Assembly: GCA_963703315.1 (NCBI GenBank)
Contig: OY969811.1
Coordinates: forward strand, 224,001-288,000
Direction: 5' to 3'
Length of the DNA: 64,000 bases
DNA from: an uncultured cyanobacterium
GTDB lineage: Bacteria; Cyanobacteriota; Cyanobacteriia; Pseudanabaenales; Pseudanabaenaceae
The notes beneath the pieces were generated by a model, which saw only the letters and a program-made list of their open reading frames with translations, was not told the origin of the DNA and made no database searches. Position 1 is the first letter of the stretch. Each line of letters begins with the position of its first letter. Shown piece by piece: positions 30,256 through 41,071 of the stretch. Both the position numbers and the translations under genes were made by a program.

Positions 30256-30933
30256 GGGCATCTCTAAAAAAGACTAAGAGAGGCAAACATGAAAATCAAG
30301 AGTAATTAATTGCTTAAACGATAAGATATTATCACGAGTATTTTTGATATTAGATAGGCTATATCTTTGACTTTGGCAATCTATCTTTAGCTTCTCAATT
30401 ATTCTATCTGTTGAGACAGAATAATCCCTTGTTCTAAGCGGATTTTGCCTGCAATTTACTCAAAAATACAAATCGATGCATATTGTAAACTAGATTCCGT
30501 AAACCAATACAAGCCTTAGCTCTGGTCATACCAATACAACGCATCAGCTTACTTCCCATCATCATCATTTGATTGCCAAATATATGCTCTACTTTTACTC
30601 TGACTTTCGAGCGATGATGATTCACCTCTTGCTTGAATTCTGACAGTGGTTTGGCTTTTGTTCCCTTATGATGTAACTTGCTGCGATAACCATCAGCCGC
30701 AAACTTCTCCTCTTGTGCGGCAGAACGATAGGCGCTATCAGCATAAACATCTAATTCTAAGAGTGAATTTTTAAAACTGCTGTGCTTTACTTCGTAATTT
30801 TCAAAATCAAAAATACTTGTCTGCCTTTCCTTCATTGATTCCTAACCTTTTCTATCTCTTGGTTATTATAACTTTTATCTATTCTAATTCCTCAAATCCC
30901 TTGTCCTGTCTATACCTGTTTTTAGAGATGCCC
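30256..30933 (-). mobile_element. Internally deleted IS5-family element (678 bp, non-autonomous)
   Basis: 15-bp terminal IR GGGCATCTCTAAAAA / TTTTTAGAGATGCCC enclosing a transposase remnant. Confidence 0.8.
30434..30835 (-). pseudogene. IS5 transposase remnant
   Basis: MKERQTSIFD fused to VYADSAY...RSKVRVKVEHIFG...NLVYNM; most of the catalytic core is missing. Confidence 0.8.
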
Positions 30934-30985
30934 TTGAGATTTTCTTTGCTAATTGCCTAAGATTTATGACGGATTTAGCTCTTTT

Positions 30986-32689
30986 TTAGATATTGTTTGC
31001 TGTCACTGTTTCTACCTTTGGAGAAAAATCTATTCTTTTCGGTATGGTTGGCATGATTTTATGAAGAGCTTCTTCCGTTGAATTGAAGCAGTTTTCATAA
31101 CCAATTTCTTTGAGTAATCCACTGCGGTCTAAAAGTTGTTCGACTTCGGGACGGAGAGCGCTCAAAATCAATTGACAATTATGGCGTTGCAAATCGTGAT
31201 AAATCTCTTCTAAAGCAACTAAGCCCGTTGTGTCCATACTAGGCACATAGCGCATTCTCAAAATTAAAAACTTGACTTCAGGCGCATCTCGTAAGAATGT
31301 AACGAACCTTTCGGCTGCACCAAAGAACATAGGTCCATCAATCCGATAAATGGCGATTTGTTTGCCAAAGTCTAGAGGTACGCCAGCAAGAAAGACATTA
31401 TCTTCAGGCATTTTGACAAGGCTGAGTTCACTCATCCGTTTGATAAAGAGAATACCTGCGGCAATTAGACCGACTTCCACTGCTAAAACTAGGTCAAAAC
31501 AAACAGTGACTAACCATGTGAGAAGCATTACTCCAAAATCAGCATAGGTAGTATGGATCAGCAAGCCGATCGCTTCCCATTCCATCATCCGAATACTGGT
31601 AATCATCAGGATTCCAGCGAGGGCAGCGAGCGGTACTTGCGCGGCGAGGGGGGCAAAAGCTAAGACGATCAGAGCAAGCGCAACACCATGAATCACTCCC
31701 GATAAGCGAGTTTTACCACCTGCACGTACATTCACCGCAGTCCGCGCGATCGCCCCTGTCGCAGGAATACCGCCAAAGAATGGCACGATCATATTTGCTA
31801 GTCCTTGTCCAATTAATTCTCGATCACTATTGTGGCGATCGCTAACACTCATACCGTCAGCAACCACCGCCGCGAGTAAAGATTCGATACTGCCTAATGC
31901 TGCTAAGGCGATCGCGGGATTAATTAATTCTCTAATTAACCCAAAATTATTCCAATGGGGAATCCCTTGCAGCATCGGTAAAGATTGCGGAATCATACCA
32001 ATAGTCGGGACTTCCAAATGCCATTGCGATTTGGCAAATACTGCGGCGAGGGTTGCGACGACTAATCCAACTAAAGATCCGGGGATCGATTGATTAACGC
32101 GATTCCATAATAGTTTTGTGCCGATGGTGAGCAGAGCTAAGGCGATCGCTAACCAGTTATAGCCTTCTAAATTAGTGATAGTTTGCCAAAGTGCTTGGAG
32201 GAAATGCTCTTGATTTGGCAGATGTAAACCGAAGAAATTATTCAACTGTCCACAGAAAATAATTACGGCAATCCCATTGGTAAACCCTGCGGTGACAGGA
32301 TAGGGAATGAATTTTACTAATCTTCCTAATTTGGCAACACCAAGGGCAATTTGGATGATCCCTGCCATTACCCCCGCAATCCACACTTTCTCAATGCCAT
32401 ATTTAGCGACAATTCCCACTAAAACTACAGCCATTGCTCCCGTAGGTCCTGTAATCTGCACAGGCGATCCACCAAATACTGCCGCGACAACACCAGCGAC
32501 GATCGCTGTATAAAGTCCTGCTTTCGGTTCTACGCCACTAGCGACAGCAAAGGCAAGGGCTAAGGGTAAAGCCACGACTGCGGCGGTAAGCCCTCCCGTT
32601 AAGTCGCCACGAAAATTACTAAACAATCCCTTGAAAGGATTATTTTGGGTACTTTGATTCTTGCTTGCTAAGTTTCCTGATTGTGCCAT
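30986..32689 (-). CDS. SulP/SLC26 anion transporter with STAS domain
   Basis: VALPLALAFA, QITGPTGA, ELIGQGLAN, GAIARTAVN, DGPMFFGAA. Confidence 0.93.
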   Translation of the reverse strand: MAQSGNLASKNQSTQNNPFKGLFSNFRGDLTGGLTAAVVALPLALAFAVASGVEPKAGLYTAIVAGVVAAVFGGSPVQITGPTGAMAVVLVGIVAKYGIEKVWIAGVMAGIIQIALGVAKLGRLVKFIPYPVTAGFTNGIAVIIFCGQLNNFFGLHLPNQEHFLQALWQTITNLEGYNWLAIALALLTIGTKLLWNRVNQSIPGSLVGLVVATLAAVFAKSQWHLEVPTIGMIPQSLPMLQGIPHWNNFGLIRELINPAIALAALGSIESLLAAVVADGMSVSDRHNSDRELIGQGLANMIVPFFGGIPATGAIARTAVNVRAGGKTRLSGVIHGVALALIVLAFAPLAAQVPLAALAGILMITSIRMMEWEAIGLLIHTTYADFGVMLLTWLVTVCFDLVLAVEVGLIAAGILFIKRMSELSLVKMPEDNVFLAGVPLDFGKQIAIYRIDGPMFFGAAERFVTFLRDAPEVKFLILRMRYVPSMDTTGLVALEEIYHDLQRHNCQLILSALRPEVEQLLDRSGLLKEIGYENCFNSTEEALHKIMPTIPKRIDFSPKVETVTANNI

Positions 32690-32699
32690 GAGATTTTGA

Positions 32700-33038
32700 T
32701 TACTCTAATTTTTGCAGGGATTCCCGCATTTCAATAACGTGATTGTTAAAAAGCTCTAGCGCCGAATCCAATACCTTAAAAATCGTGGCATCACCAACGG
32801 AATAGTAAGCAAAGTTCCCTTGTTTACGCGATCGCACCAAGTTGTAACGACGCATCACTGCCAACTGTTGTGACACTGCTGAGGGTTCTGCTTCGATCCA
32901 CTGCGCGATCGAGTTGACGCTTTGTTCACCAATTCGTAGCGCATCTAATATTTGAATCCTGACGGGATTGGATAAAACTTTAAATAAATCAGCTTTGAAA
33001 TAGCTTGGTTCAAATGTCATATAAATGACCTCATACAT
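32700..33038 (-). CDS. ArsR/SmtB-family regulator
   Basis: FKVLSNPVRIQIL, VSQQLAVMR; start may be ATG 33020. Confidence 0.9.
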   Translation of the reverse strand: MYEVIYMTFEPSYFKADLFKVLSNPVRIQILDALRIGEQSVNSIAQWIEAEPSAVSQQLAVMRRYNLVRSRKQGNFAYYSVGDATIFKVLDSALELFNNHVIEMRESLQKLE

Positions 33039-33191
33039 TTACACCTCCTCACTTTACGAGATAGGGCTGCAAGGTCGAAAGTGTGTTTAGTAGATTTTTT
33101 ACATTTAAAGGTATGTATATCTTAACCTATCTATATTCAAATTATTGCGGATAGTTTTTAAAATCCTTAATTAGATTAAAGCGTCTTAAGA

Positions 33192-34082
33192 TTAATCCAC
33201 GTACAAGGGGCGATCGCTTTGAGTGTTCGCTAAAAAATCTTCGAGCTTATTCCATTGTTTAGACTCGATTAAATCAATCACTTCTTGCAAGGATTGCTGA
33301 TAGGTATGAAGCGATCGCAGTACTGCCGATTGATTATATTCCGCCATCAGCCTTCCTAGCTCAGGATTACCACCACCTACGCGACTGGTATCACGAAAGC
33401 CTGAACTCGCTAAATTTTGCGCTAACTTTAAAACTGTCTGATCATCTTCTTGCTGACAAGCTGCTATTAAACTGGCGCTAATCATTACAGGTGCGTGACT
33501 AATCATCGCGACAGCACAATCATGATCTTCGGGGCTGCATTCATAAATGTTCATGCCCACTGACTGCCAGAGCGATCGCACTTTCGCCAATGCTTCATGA
33601 TCATTACTTGGCGTAACTACACAGGGACGATTTTGAAAGAGATTTCTTTCGGCAGCTAAGATACCTTGAAATGCAGTGCCAGCCATCGGATGACTCCCCA
33701 CAAATCTCTGCCCGTATTGTTCGCATATTTTGGAAGCAGGTTCTACGATCGCCGCCTTGACGGAACCAACATCGGTAAAAATTATATGACTTGGTAATTT
33801 TGGAGCAAGTGCGTCAATCGTCGGCACAATTGAGGTGATTGGTGTACAGATGACGACGATATCGGTTTGAGCAAGAATATGATCGGGGATATTCGCAATA
33901 TCGTTACTGGCAATATTTACAGCAGCGATCGCCTCGGCTTGTTTACAGGTTTCAGGATTGCGACTGATGCCCCACACATAATTATTTGGTTGTGAATCTT
34001 GTTTGGAATCTTGATTTGTAGCGAGAAGATCTAAACCTAACGATCCACCAATTAATCCCAGTCCAACAATGCCAATATTCAT
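33192..34082 (-). CDS. tyrA: Prephenate/arogenate dehydrogenase
   Basis: IGIVGLGLIGGS, DVGSVK, HPMAG, SSGFRDTSRVGGG. Confidence 0.93.
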   Translation of the reverse strand: MNIGIVGLGLIGGSLGLDLLATNQDSKQDSQPNNYVWGISRNPETCKQAEAIAAVNIASNDIANIPDHILAQTDIVVICTPITSIVPTIDALAPKLPSHIIFTDVGSVKAAIVEPASKICEQYGQRFVGSHPMAGTAFQGILAAERNLFQNRPCVVTPSNDHEALAKVRSLWQSVGMNIYECSPEDHDCAVAMISHAPVMISASLIAACQQEDDQTVLKLAQNLASSGFRDTSRVGGGNPELGRLMAEYNQSAVLRSLHTYQQSLQEVIDLIESKQWNKLEDFLANTQSDRPLYVD

Positions 34083-34132
34083 ATAGTCTCCAATGCAATA
34101 AAGGGGTGCAAAGCACCCCTTTATTAGCATAT

Positions 34133-34369
34133 TTAGAACTTGCGGAGGTCAATACCAGCTTCCTTAGCAAATGCAGCAAGACCCTTCTTTTGCAAAGTCT
34201 TGATTGCTTTAGTGGAAATTTGTAATTTTACAAAGCGCTTTCCTTCTTCCCACCAAATTCTCTTATCTTGTAAGTTTACGTGTTGTAAGTGCTTATGGCG
34301 TTTGTGTGAGAAAGAAATCGATACGGCATTATTGGCTTTTTTGCCTGTTAGTTGGCATACGCGACTCAT
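34133..34369 (-). CDS. rpmB: 50S ribosomal protein L28
   Basis: [18 protein letters not shown]. Confidence 0.97.
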   Translation of the reverse strand: MSRVCQLTGKKANNAVSISFSHKRHKHLQHVNLQDKRIWWEEGKRFVKLQISTKAIKTLQKKGLAAFAKEAGIDLRKF

Positions 34370-34437
34370 GGTACTAGTCTCCTATTTTTTCAGTCCAGCT
34401 AACCATATTACAACCTTAAAGCATTCTTAGGCAATAC

Positions 34438-34540
34438 TATAGCAAAGCAATAGTTGGTTAAACCCAGAAAGAGAGTTGCGGCGCGGAGCGCCGCAACTCT
34501 CTTTCTGGGTTTGTGTCCTAAGCAAAACTTTTTTGCTAGA
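34438..34540. repeat. Family A miniature element
   Basis: TATAGCAAAG...GAGAGTTGCGGCGC-GGA-GCGCCGCAACTCTC...TGTCCTAAGC...TTTGCTAGA. Confidence 0.8.
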
Positions 34541-34652
34541 TAAAATTTTTGTCAAGGTGATTGCTGGGACAAGCGAATTTTTTTATTTGCTAAGATAACC
34601 AAAAATTGTTATTAATCCGCGTTCAGACCTTTATTTTGCTATACCCAATACT

Positions 34653-37600
34653 ATGCGTCCCCTTGAGCTAATTGTCGAAGGATTTACCAGTTTTCGCACT
34701 CGTCAAGTATTAGATTTTACGAGCCTTGATTTGTTTGCGATCACAGGCGCAACGGGGGCGGGCAAAACTTCGCTATTGGATGCGATTACCTTTGCCTTGT
34801 ATGACAAGGTGGCAAACAAGCCAAATTCATCCAAAGAATTAGTTAGCCAAGGAGCTACGCAGCTAAAAGTGGAATTTCGATTTGAGATGCGCCAAACGGA
34901 ATATCGGGTATTACGAACTTGGCGCAATCGGGGCAAAACCGATGAAAAGAAATTTCTGTTTGATCAATTAATTGATGGGGAATGGGAAAGATGCGATCGC
35001 GCTCAAAAGGTAGAAGACATCATCGGTATGGACTTTGAGACTTTTACCCGTGTGATCATTCTGCCGCAGGGACAGTTTGATGAATTCCTTAAAGGCGAGG
35101 CTGCTAAACGTCGCGAAATTTTACGACAGTTGGCAGGGTTTCAAATTTTCGAGCAAATGCGGAAAGAGGCAAGCGATCGCACTAGTCGTTTTAAAGCTGA
35201 GCGGGAAGGTTTAGATAAAGTTCTGGAAGGGATGCAAGCGCCAACTAAAGACGAAGTGGACGCACAACAATTAGAATTAGCCAATCTAGAAATTGTAATT
35301 CCTGAATTGGACATTCAAGCAAAGCAAAGTCATAAACTCTTGGAAGTAGAAGAAAGACTCTTTACTCAAATTCAGCAATATCAGCAGCTTTCTGGAAAAT
35401 TATCCCAATTGCAACAGGACGCATCACAAATCCAAGTTTTAGAAAATCAATTGCGAAATGCTCAGTTAGCGAATTCGATTATGGGAACTTGGACAGTTCT
35501 CCAGACTGCGCGTAAGCGAGTGGAACAGGCGATCGCTGATCTTGCCAAAGCAAATAAACAGCTAGAAATTTCTAGGCTTGATCTCGATCAGCAGCAACAA
35601 GCCTACGAACAATCGCGTACTGAGCAAAGCGCCACCCAAAGTCATATCGAAGCGCAAGAGCGCAATCTCGCCTTGGCAGAATCTCTACATACACAGCAAC
35701 AACAATCAGCAACGGAGTTAGAACGTTCTGAACAGAATGTTTTAGAGCGATCGCAGATTCTTCAAAAAGCAAATCAGACTGTAACTAATGCCGAATCAGA
35801 TTTACAAGCCATTACCCAAAAGTTGCAAATCCTTGAAGCTTCGCTTAAAAGTTCTCAGTATGATCCCACTAGACTCGAACAACTGCGTCAAGTTGCCGAA
35901 CCACTTACGCAATGGCAGATTTTGCAGAATAATCTAACTAAGCAGCAGCAAAAATCTAACCAGTTACAAACAGAAATCCAGAAATTTACGCAACAACTAG
36001 AGAAAGCACAACAAGCGATCGCTAAGACTGAAAATGATTTTCAAGTCGCGAGTAATGCTCTTAAAGAAGCAGAATTGACTAATTTGCAAGCATTACAGAC
36101 TAGTCACGCTAACGCCTTACGCGCCGAATTGCATGATGGTGATAACTGCCCCGTGTGTAATCATCTCTATAGTTTAGAGGGATTGCCAGAACTTCCTGAA
36201 TTAGAATTAATTGATACAGCAGGATTATTAAAACAGAAGGAAATCGCTGAGCGACAGTTAGCGAAATCATTACAAGACAAGGCAAAAATTGAGGCTAGTC
36301 TGGAAGCTTCGCAGCAACAGTTTCAGATTCAAACTCAGGAAATTAGTGATCTGGAATCACAACTTGCCAAATTGCAAAAACAGATTGATCAAGTTCTAAA
36401 ATCTGCTTGGCAAGCGGTCGATATCCTCCGCGATCGCCAAGCACTCGAATCTCAAGAAGCCGCTTATCTCAAGCTAGTTACTGAACAAAAGGAAATGGCG
36501 ATCACCTGTCAAAATACCGAAAACAAACTTAAAACTAGCCAAGAAAATCTACAATTAGCTCAAACAGAATTTGATAAATCAGCACAGGAAAAAGTACTGA
36601 GAGAATCGCAACTACAGGAAATTTCGCAACGGTTGCTAGCAATTACTGATGGCAAAAGTTATGAATCCTTGCGTCAAAGTATTTTGCAAGCAAAGAAGGA
36701 ACTTAGCGATCGCCTCAAAACCATCGAAACCCAATATCAACAAGCCCGTGAAACCTTTGCTAAACGCGAAGAATCGGCTACTAAAGCTCAAGAAAATCAC
36801 GATCTCGCAATTGCCGAGCAAGCTCAACAGGAATCCCATTGGCAACAGGAACTTACCTCTATTAACTTTACCGAGTTAGAGTTTCTAGCTGCTCAAACTG
36901 TGCGATCTCAAATGGACGCATGGCAACAGCAAATCGAGAACTATCAACGTCAAGAGCAGGATTTAACTACGCGCTTACAAATGTTTGCTGAGGCGATCAC
37001 TGATCGCCAAACTGATGAACAGGCGATCGCGAAATTGCGTGAAGCATCTCAACAAGCCGAACAAGGATTACAAATAGCTAGTGAAAGTCGCGCCTCGATC
37101 AAGGCATGGCTAGAACAAGCCCAACAAAAACGTCAAGAATCGCAGGAACTAGAAGAACGTAAAGTTGCTTTACAGGCTCAAGAGCAGACCTATCATACCC
37201 TCGCTCAAGACCTCCAGTCTAATCGATTCCAAGAATATATTCTCGATAGTTTGCAACAGGAACTCGCTAACCGTGCCTCAGTTCTCTTACAACAACTTTC
37301 GGAAGATCGCTATATTCTCCAAATAGAAAGCGGTGATTATTGGGTAGCGGACAATTGGAATGGTGGTGAAAAGCGTCGTGTACGCACCCTCTCAGGTGGT
37401 GAAACCTTTGCGGCTTCTCTTTCAATGGCGCTGGCTCTATCAGAAAGATTATCAATGGGGATTGAACTTGGTAGTCTTTTCCTTGATGAAGGTTTCGGCA
37501 CGCTCGACAGTGAAACCCTCGAAAGCGTTACCCAAATCCTCGAATCCTTACGCCAACAGGATCGCTTAATCGGTGTGATTACGCATATTCAATCTTTAGC

Positions 37601-37667
37601 TGAGCGATTACCCACCCAAATTCATGTTCGTAAATCAATCAATGGTTCAGAATTAGTGAGGATTTAG
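34653..37667 (+). CDS. sbcC: SbcC/Rad50 SMC-family ATPase
   Basis: GATGAGKT, LPQGQF, CPVC zinc hook, LSGGE, LFLDEGFGTLD. Confidence 0.93.
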   Translation: MRPLELIVEGFTSFRTRQVLDFTSLDLFAITGATGAGKTSLLDAITFALYDKVANKPNSSKELVSQGATQLKVEFRFEMRQTEYRVLRTWRNRGKTDEKKFLFDQLIDGEWERCDRAQKVEDIIGMDFETFTRVIILPQGQFDEFLKGEAAKRREILRQLAGFQIFEQMRKEASDRTSRFKAEREGLDKVLEGMQAPTKDEVDAQQLELANLEIVIPELDIQAKQSHKLLEVEERLFTQIQQYQQLSGKLSQLQQDASQIQVLENQLRNAQLANSIMGTWTVLQTARKRVEQAIADLAKANKQLEISRLDLDQQQQAYEQSRTEQSATQSHIEAQERNLALAESLHTQQQQSATELERSEQNVLERSQILQKANQTVTNAESDLQAITQKLQILEASLKSSQYDPTRLEQLRQVAEPLTQWQILQNNLTKQQQKSNQLQTEIQKFTQQLEKAQQAIAKTENDFQVASNALKEAELTNLQALQTSHANALRAELHDGDNCPVCNHLYSLEGLPELPELELIDTAGLLKQKEIAERQLAKSLQDKAKIEASLEASQQQFQIQTQEISDLESQLAKLQKQIDQVLKSAWQAVDILRDRQALESQEAAYLKLVTEQKEMAITCQNTENKLKTSQENLQLAQTEFDKSAQEKVLRESQLQEISQRLLAITDGKSYESLRQSILQAKKELSDRLKTIETQYQQARETFAKREESATKAQENHDLAIAEQAQQESHWQQELTSINFTELEFLAAQTVRSQMDAWQQQIENYQRQEQDLTTRLQMFAEAITDRQTDEQAIAKLREASQQAEQGLQIASESRASIKAWLEQAQQKRQESQELEERKVALQAQEQTYHTLAQDLQSNRFQEYILDSLQQELANRASVLLQQLSEDRYILQIESGDYWVADNWNGGEKRRVRTLSGGETFAASLSMALALSERLSMGIELGSLFLDEGFGTLDSETLESVTQILESLRQQDRLIGVITHIQSLAERLPTQIHVRKSINGSELVRI

Positions 37668-37715
37668 TATGTTTGTGTATCTCGCACTGCGAGATACACA
37701 AACATACTAAGAATA

Positions 37716-40700
37716 CTAAGAAGGAGGAGTAGATTTAAGATATTTGTAGAGCCAGCCACAACCGCCTAGACAGGTACGCTTATCCTCCTCAGAAACATTA
37801 ATATTTGTTCTCAGATATTCCTGTAACCATTGACAGCCACGCATTAGCAGGTTCTCAAGATCGAGATTCCACATGATGATTTTGCGGTCTTCACCTGTTG
37901 ACACTAAAATCTTGCCATTGGGACTAAAGCACACACTTCTGACAGGACCTTGATGACCATTAAAGGTTCTCAGTAATGTACCATCACCACTCCAGAATTG
38001 AATTGTGGAATCTTCACTCGCTGAAACAATCGACTTGCCATCGGGGCTAAAACAGACGCTAGTAACTTCTGCACTATGCCCATTTAAAGTTTTAATTAAT
38101 TGACCTTCAATGCTCCAAAGTTTTACGCTCTGATCCATACTGCCACTGGCAATCATTGTGCCATTGGGATTAAAGGCGATCGCATAGACTTCCGCACTAT
38201 GTCCGTCTAAGGTTGTTAAAAGAGTACCATCCCAACTCCAAAGATTAATCAGTTTATCCTTGCTAGCGGAGGCAAGCATACTTCCATCAGGACTGAAATC
38301 AATACTGTAAACTTCAGCCGTGTGACCTGTGAGAGTCTGTAGCCATTTACCATCGGCACTCCAAACTCGCACAGTACCATCAGCGCTACAGGAGGCAAAA
38401 ACTTGACCATCACAACGGTAAACAACTTTATAAATCTCGGCACGATGGGCGCTAATCGTATCAATTAAAGTGCCATCGGTTGACCACATTTTGATACTAG
38501 CATCGGCGGCGGCGGTGAGAAGCGTGGAGCTATCGGGGCTGAAGGCGACACAGTTTACTTTATCATTATGTCCTTCTAATACAGTCTCAAGGGAACCATT
38601 GGCATTCCAAAGATTGACGGTTTTATCTTTGCAAGCGGAGGCTAAGAACTTGGAGTTGGGACTAATGGCAACAGAGAAAACCTCATCAGTATGTCCTAGT
38701 AAAGTTCGTAATGGTGTACCCCGAATTGCCCAAAGTTTGACTGTAGTATCTCGGCTTGCTGATGCTAGAGTTTTGCCGTCGGGACTGAAAGCGATGCTAT
38801 GCACAACATCACCATGTCCTTGGAATGTATAGATTAAGCCTTGTTCAATATCCCAAACGCGAATGGTGCGATCAAAACCACTAGAGGCGATCGTGTGGTT
38901 GTCATGACCAAAGGCAACGCTCCAAACTTTATCAGAATGTCCATAAAAAGTTTTGATTAAAATTCCGTCTGATCCCCACATTTTGACAGTGCGATCTCGG
39001 CTTCCTGAGACGATCGCTAGTCCATTGGGCGCATAGGCTACACTTTCGACAAAGCTATCATGACTGCGTAAATGCCGAATCGGTACACCCATCGTATTCC
39101 AGATAATCAGGTTGCGATCGGCACTGCCTGAAACTAGAGATTTACTATTGGGGTGAAAAGCTACACAAGTTACCCAGCGATCGTGACCGCCGCGCAAAGT
39201 CCGAATGACCGTACCATCACTTTTCCAGAGCCTAACGGTTGTATCTTCACTGGCTGAGGCGATCATTTCCCCGTCATGGCTGAAACATACATCGAGGACT
39301 GGTCCTTCATGCCCCTTGAGAGTGGCGATCGGTTGTGGCTCAAATTCTCCTGTAGTTAGATTGCGCCGCCACAGCTTTACCATATTGTCACGGCTACCAG
39401 AGACCAATAAATTGCCATCAGGACTAAAGCCCACACTGGTAACCCAGTTAGTATGTCCGACTAAGGTTTGGAGTAAAACGCCTGAGGCATTCCAGATTTT
39501 GATCGTGCGATCGCTACTTGCTGAGGCGATAAATTGACCATCGCGAGAATAGCAAACTTTATTCACCCAAAAGCCATGTCCCTCCAGACGATTATATTCA
39601 TGGGTTCCATAGACAACTTGCTCTAGAGCCGTAATCGCCCGAATTTGGGTATTAGCACGGAGGTTCTCAAGAGTACTCTCATCAACTTGAGTGGTCAGAC
39701 GTTTGAGTTGCACCCCACCAATCACCCCTGCGATCATCGCTTCAATGTGATTGTTAGAGAGATACAGTGCTTCTGAAGAAATGGTAAGAGCGACGATTTT
39801 TTCATTAATTTCGCCCATCTCGGCAATTACCCGTTGACGACGCTCCGCATCAAGGCTTTTTTCGAGTTCCTGACTCAGTTTTTCAAGGCGATCGGCATCA
39901 GCAGCCCGCGCCGCCACCATTTGTTCGCGTTCATTGACTCTTTTGGAGGCTTCGAGAAAATTAAGATCAATTTTAGATAGATCGGTTTGAATCTCTGCCC
40001 AATCCAATGCCTCCAATAGCCTAGTTCCCCGCAAAAGAGCCGACTCGTCAGTTTCTTCTGAACGTTCCCACGCTTGCAAAGCCTCAACATAAGGGCAGTT
40101 ACGCAGTTCTGAGAAATGAACTTTTTGGTTGACTTTGATCACAACAATCGAAACATCATCGTCAGGTACAGTGAGTCCTGAAAATTCATCAAGAGCCACT
40201 TTTAATCCATTGAGAATTTCTGTTGCTGAAGATTGAGCTAAGCGAATGACAGTTCGGCGTAGTGGGGAGATTTCTTTGTCATTGGAGCGCCCAAATTCAT
40301 CACCCAGTTCATTAGTTTGTTCAAATAGTCCATCACTGAAAAAGATGGCAATATCGCCTTCATTTAGCGATCGCGAGATGGATCGATAGGCAGCACTTTC
40401 AAAACGTCCAAGGGCGATCGCGGGGTTAACAACTTCTTCACAAATATTAGTCTTAGCGCGATAAATCAAAGGACCGGGGATACCCGCATTACCTAAATGT
40501 AGATCATAGCTAACAAGGTCAAGCGCTCCATAGCAAAAGGCGATCGCATCATCAGTGCCACTTTTACACAACAATTGATTTAAGGAATTGAGCATAGAGA
40601 TGGGGTTTTGCAACCTGCCCTGCTGTCCATAGGCATCCAGTTGTCCCTTAAATAAAGCGGCATGGATGGCTCCAGCGACGGATTTCCCTGATGAGTCAGC

Positions 40701-40883
40701 GATCGCCACTGCCAATGTCCCAGACTGCTCTAAAAATTGATAATAATCTCCACCCAGATCTACCGCCGTCCAAACTTCCGCAGCAATATCTAGCCCAGGA
40801 TAAACAGGCAGCTTTTGGGGCAATAAGCTTCTTTGAAGCAATCGCCCACTTGATAGGTCACTGAAAGTTTCATTTAACTGCAT
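37716..40883 (-). CDS. SpoIIE/PP2C phosphatase fused to about 14 WD40 repeats
   Basis: LQRSLLP, GGDYY, IADSSGK, FSDGLFE, DDVSIVV; repeated GH...FSPDG..ASAS.D.T.KLW. Confidence 0.9.
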   Translation of the reverse strand: MQLNETFSDLSSGRLLQRSLLPQKLPVYPGLDIAAEVWTAVDLGGDYYQFLEQSGTLAVAIADSSGKSVAGAIHAALFKGQLDAYGQQGRLQNPISMLNSLNQLLCKSGTDDAIAFCYGALDLVSYDLHLGNAGIPGPLIYRAKTNICEEVVNPAIALGRFESAAYRSISRSLNEGDIAIFFSDGLFEQTNELGDEFGRSNDKEISPLRRTVIRLAQSSATEILNGLKVALDEFSGLTVPDDDVSIVVIKVNQKVHFSELRNCPYVEALQAWERSEETDESALLRGTRLLEALDWAEIQTDLSKIDLNFLEASKRVNEREQMVAARAADADRLEKLSQELEKSLDAERRQRVIAEMGEINEKIVALTISSEALYLSNNHIEAMIAGVIGGVQLKRLTTQVDESTLENLRANTQIRAITALEQVVYGTHEYNRLEGHGFWVNKVCYSRDGQFIASASSDRTIKIWNASGVLLQTLVGHTNWVTSVGFSPDGNLLVSGSRDNMVKLWRRNLTTGEFEPQPIATLKGHEGPVLDVCFSHDGEMIASASEDTTVRLWKSDGTVIRTLRGGHDRWVTCVAFHPNSKSLVSGSADRNLIIWNTMGVPIRHLRSHDSFVESVAYAPNGLAIVSGSRDRTVKMWGSDGILIKTFYGHSDKVWSVAFGHDNHTIASSGFDRTIRVWDIEQGLIYTFQGHGDVVHSIAFSPDGKTLASASRDTTVKLWAIRGTPLRTLLGHTDEVFSVAISPNSKFLASACKDKTVNLWNANGSLETVLEGHNDKVNCVAFSPDSSTLLTAAADASIKMWSTDGTLIDTISAHRAEIYKVVYRCDGQVFASCSADGTVRVWSADGKWLQTLTGHTAEVYSIDFSPDGSMLASASKDKLINLWSWDGTLLTTLDGHSAEVYAIAFNPNGTMIASGSMDQSVKLWSIEGQLIKTLNGHSAEVTSVCFSPDGKSIVSASEDSTIQFWSGDGTLLRTFNGHQGPVRSVCFSPNGKILVSTGEDRKIIMWNLDLENLLMRGCQWLQEYLRTNINVSEEDKRTCLGGCGWLYKYLKSTPPS

Positions 40884-41071
40884 ACACTGATAGGCAGAGC
40901 GATCCTCAGAAGAATTATTATTAGCACAAACATCAAGTATTTGTATCAGTCAAACCATTTATTAAGACGGTTTTCAAAAAAACTCTGTACTGTACACACA
41001 GAGCATAATACCCCTTAAGACAGGGTAACTTAATACAATTAAAATCTTATTTTTATTAATTTGTCCTTAAC

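Noticed and set aside
34653..37667. SMC protein as a Wadjet or Lamassu defence component
   Set aside because: Has SbcC motifs and a zinc hook, is HIP1-rich, and has no partner genes
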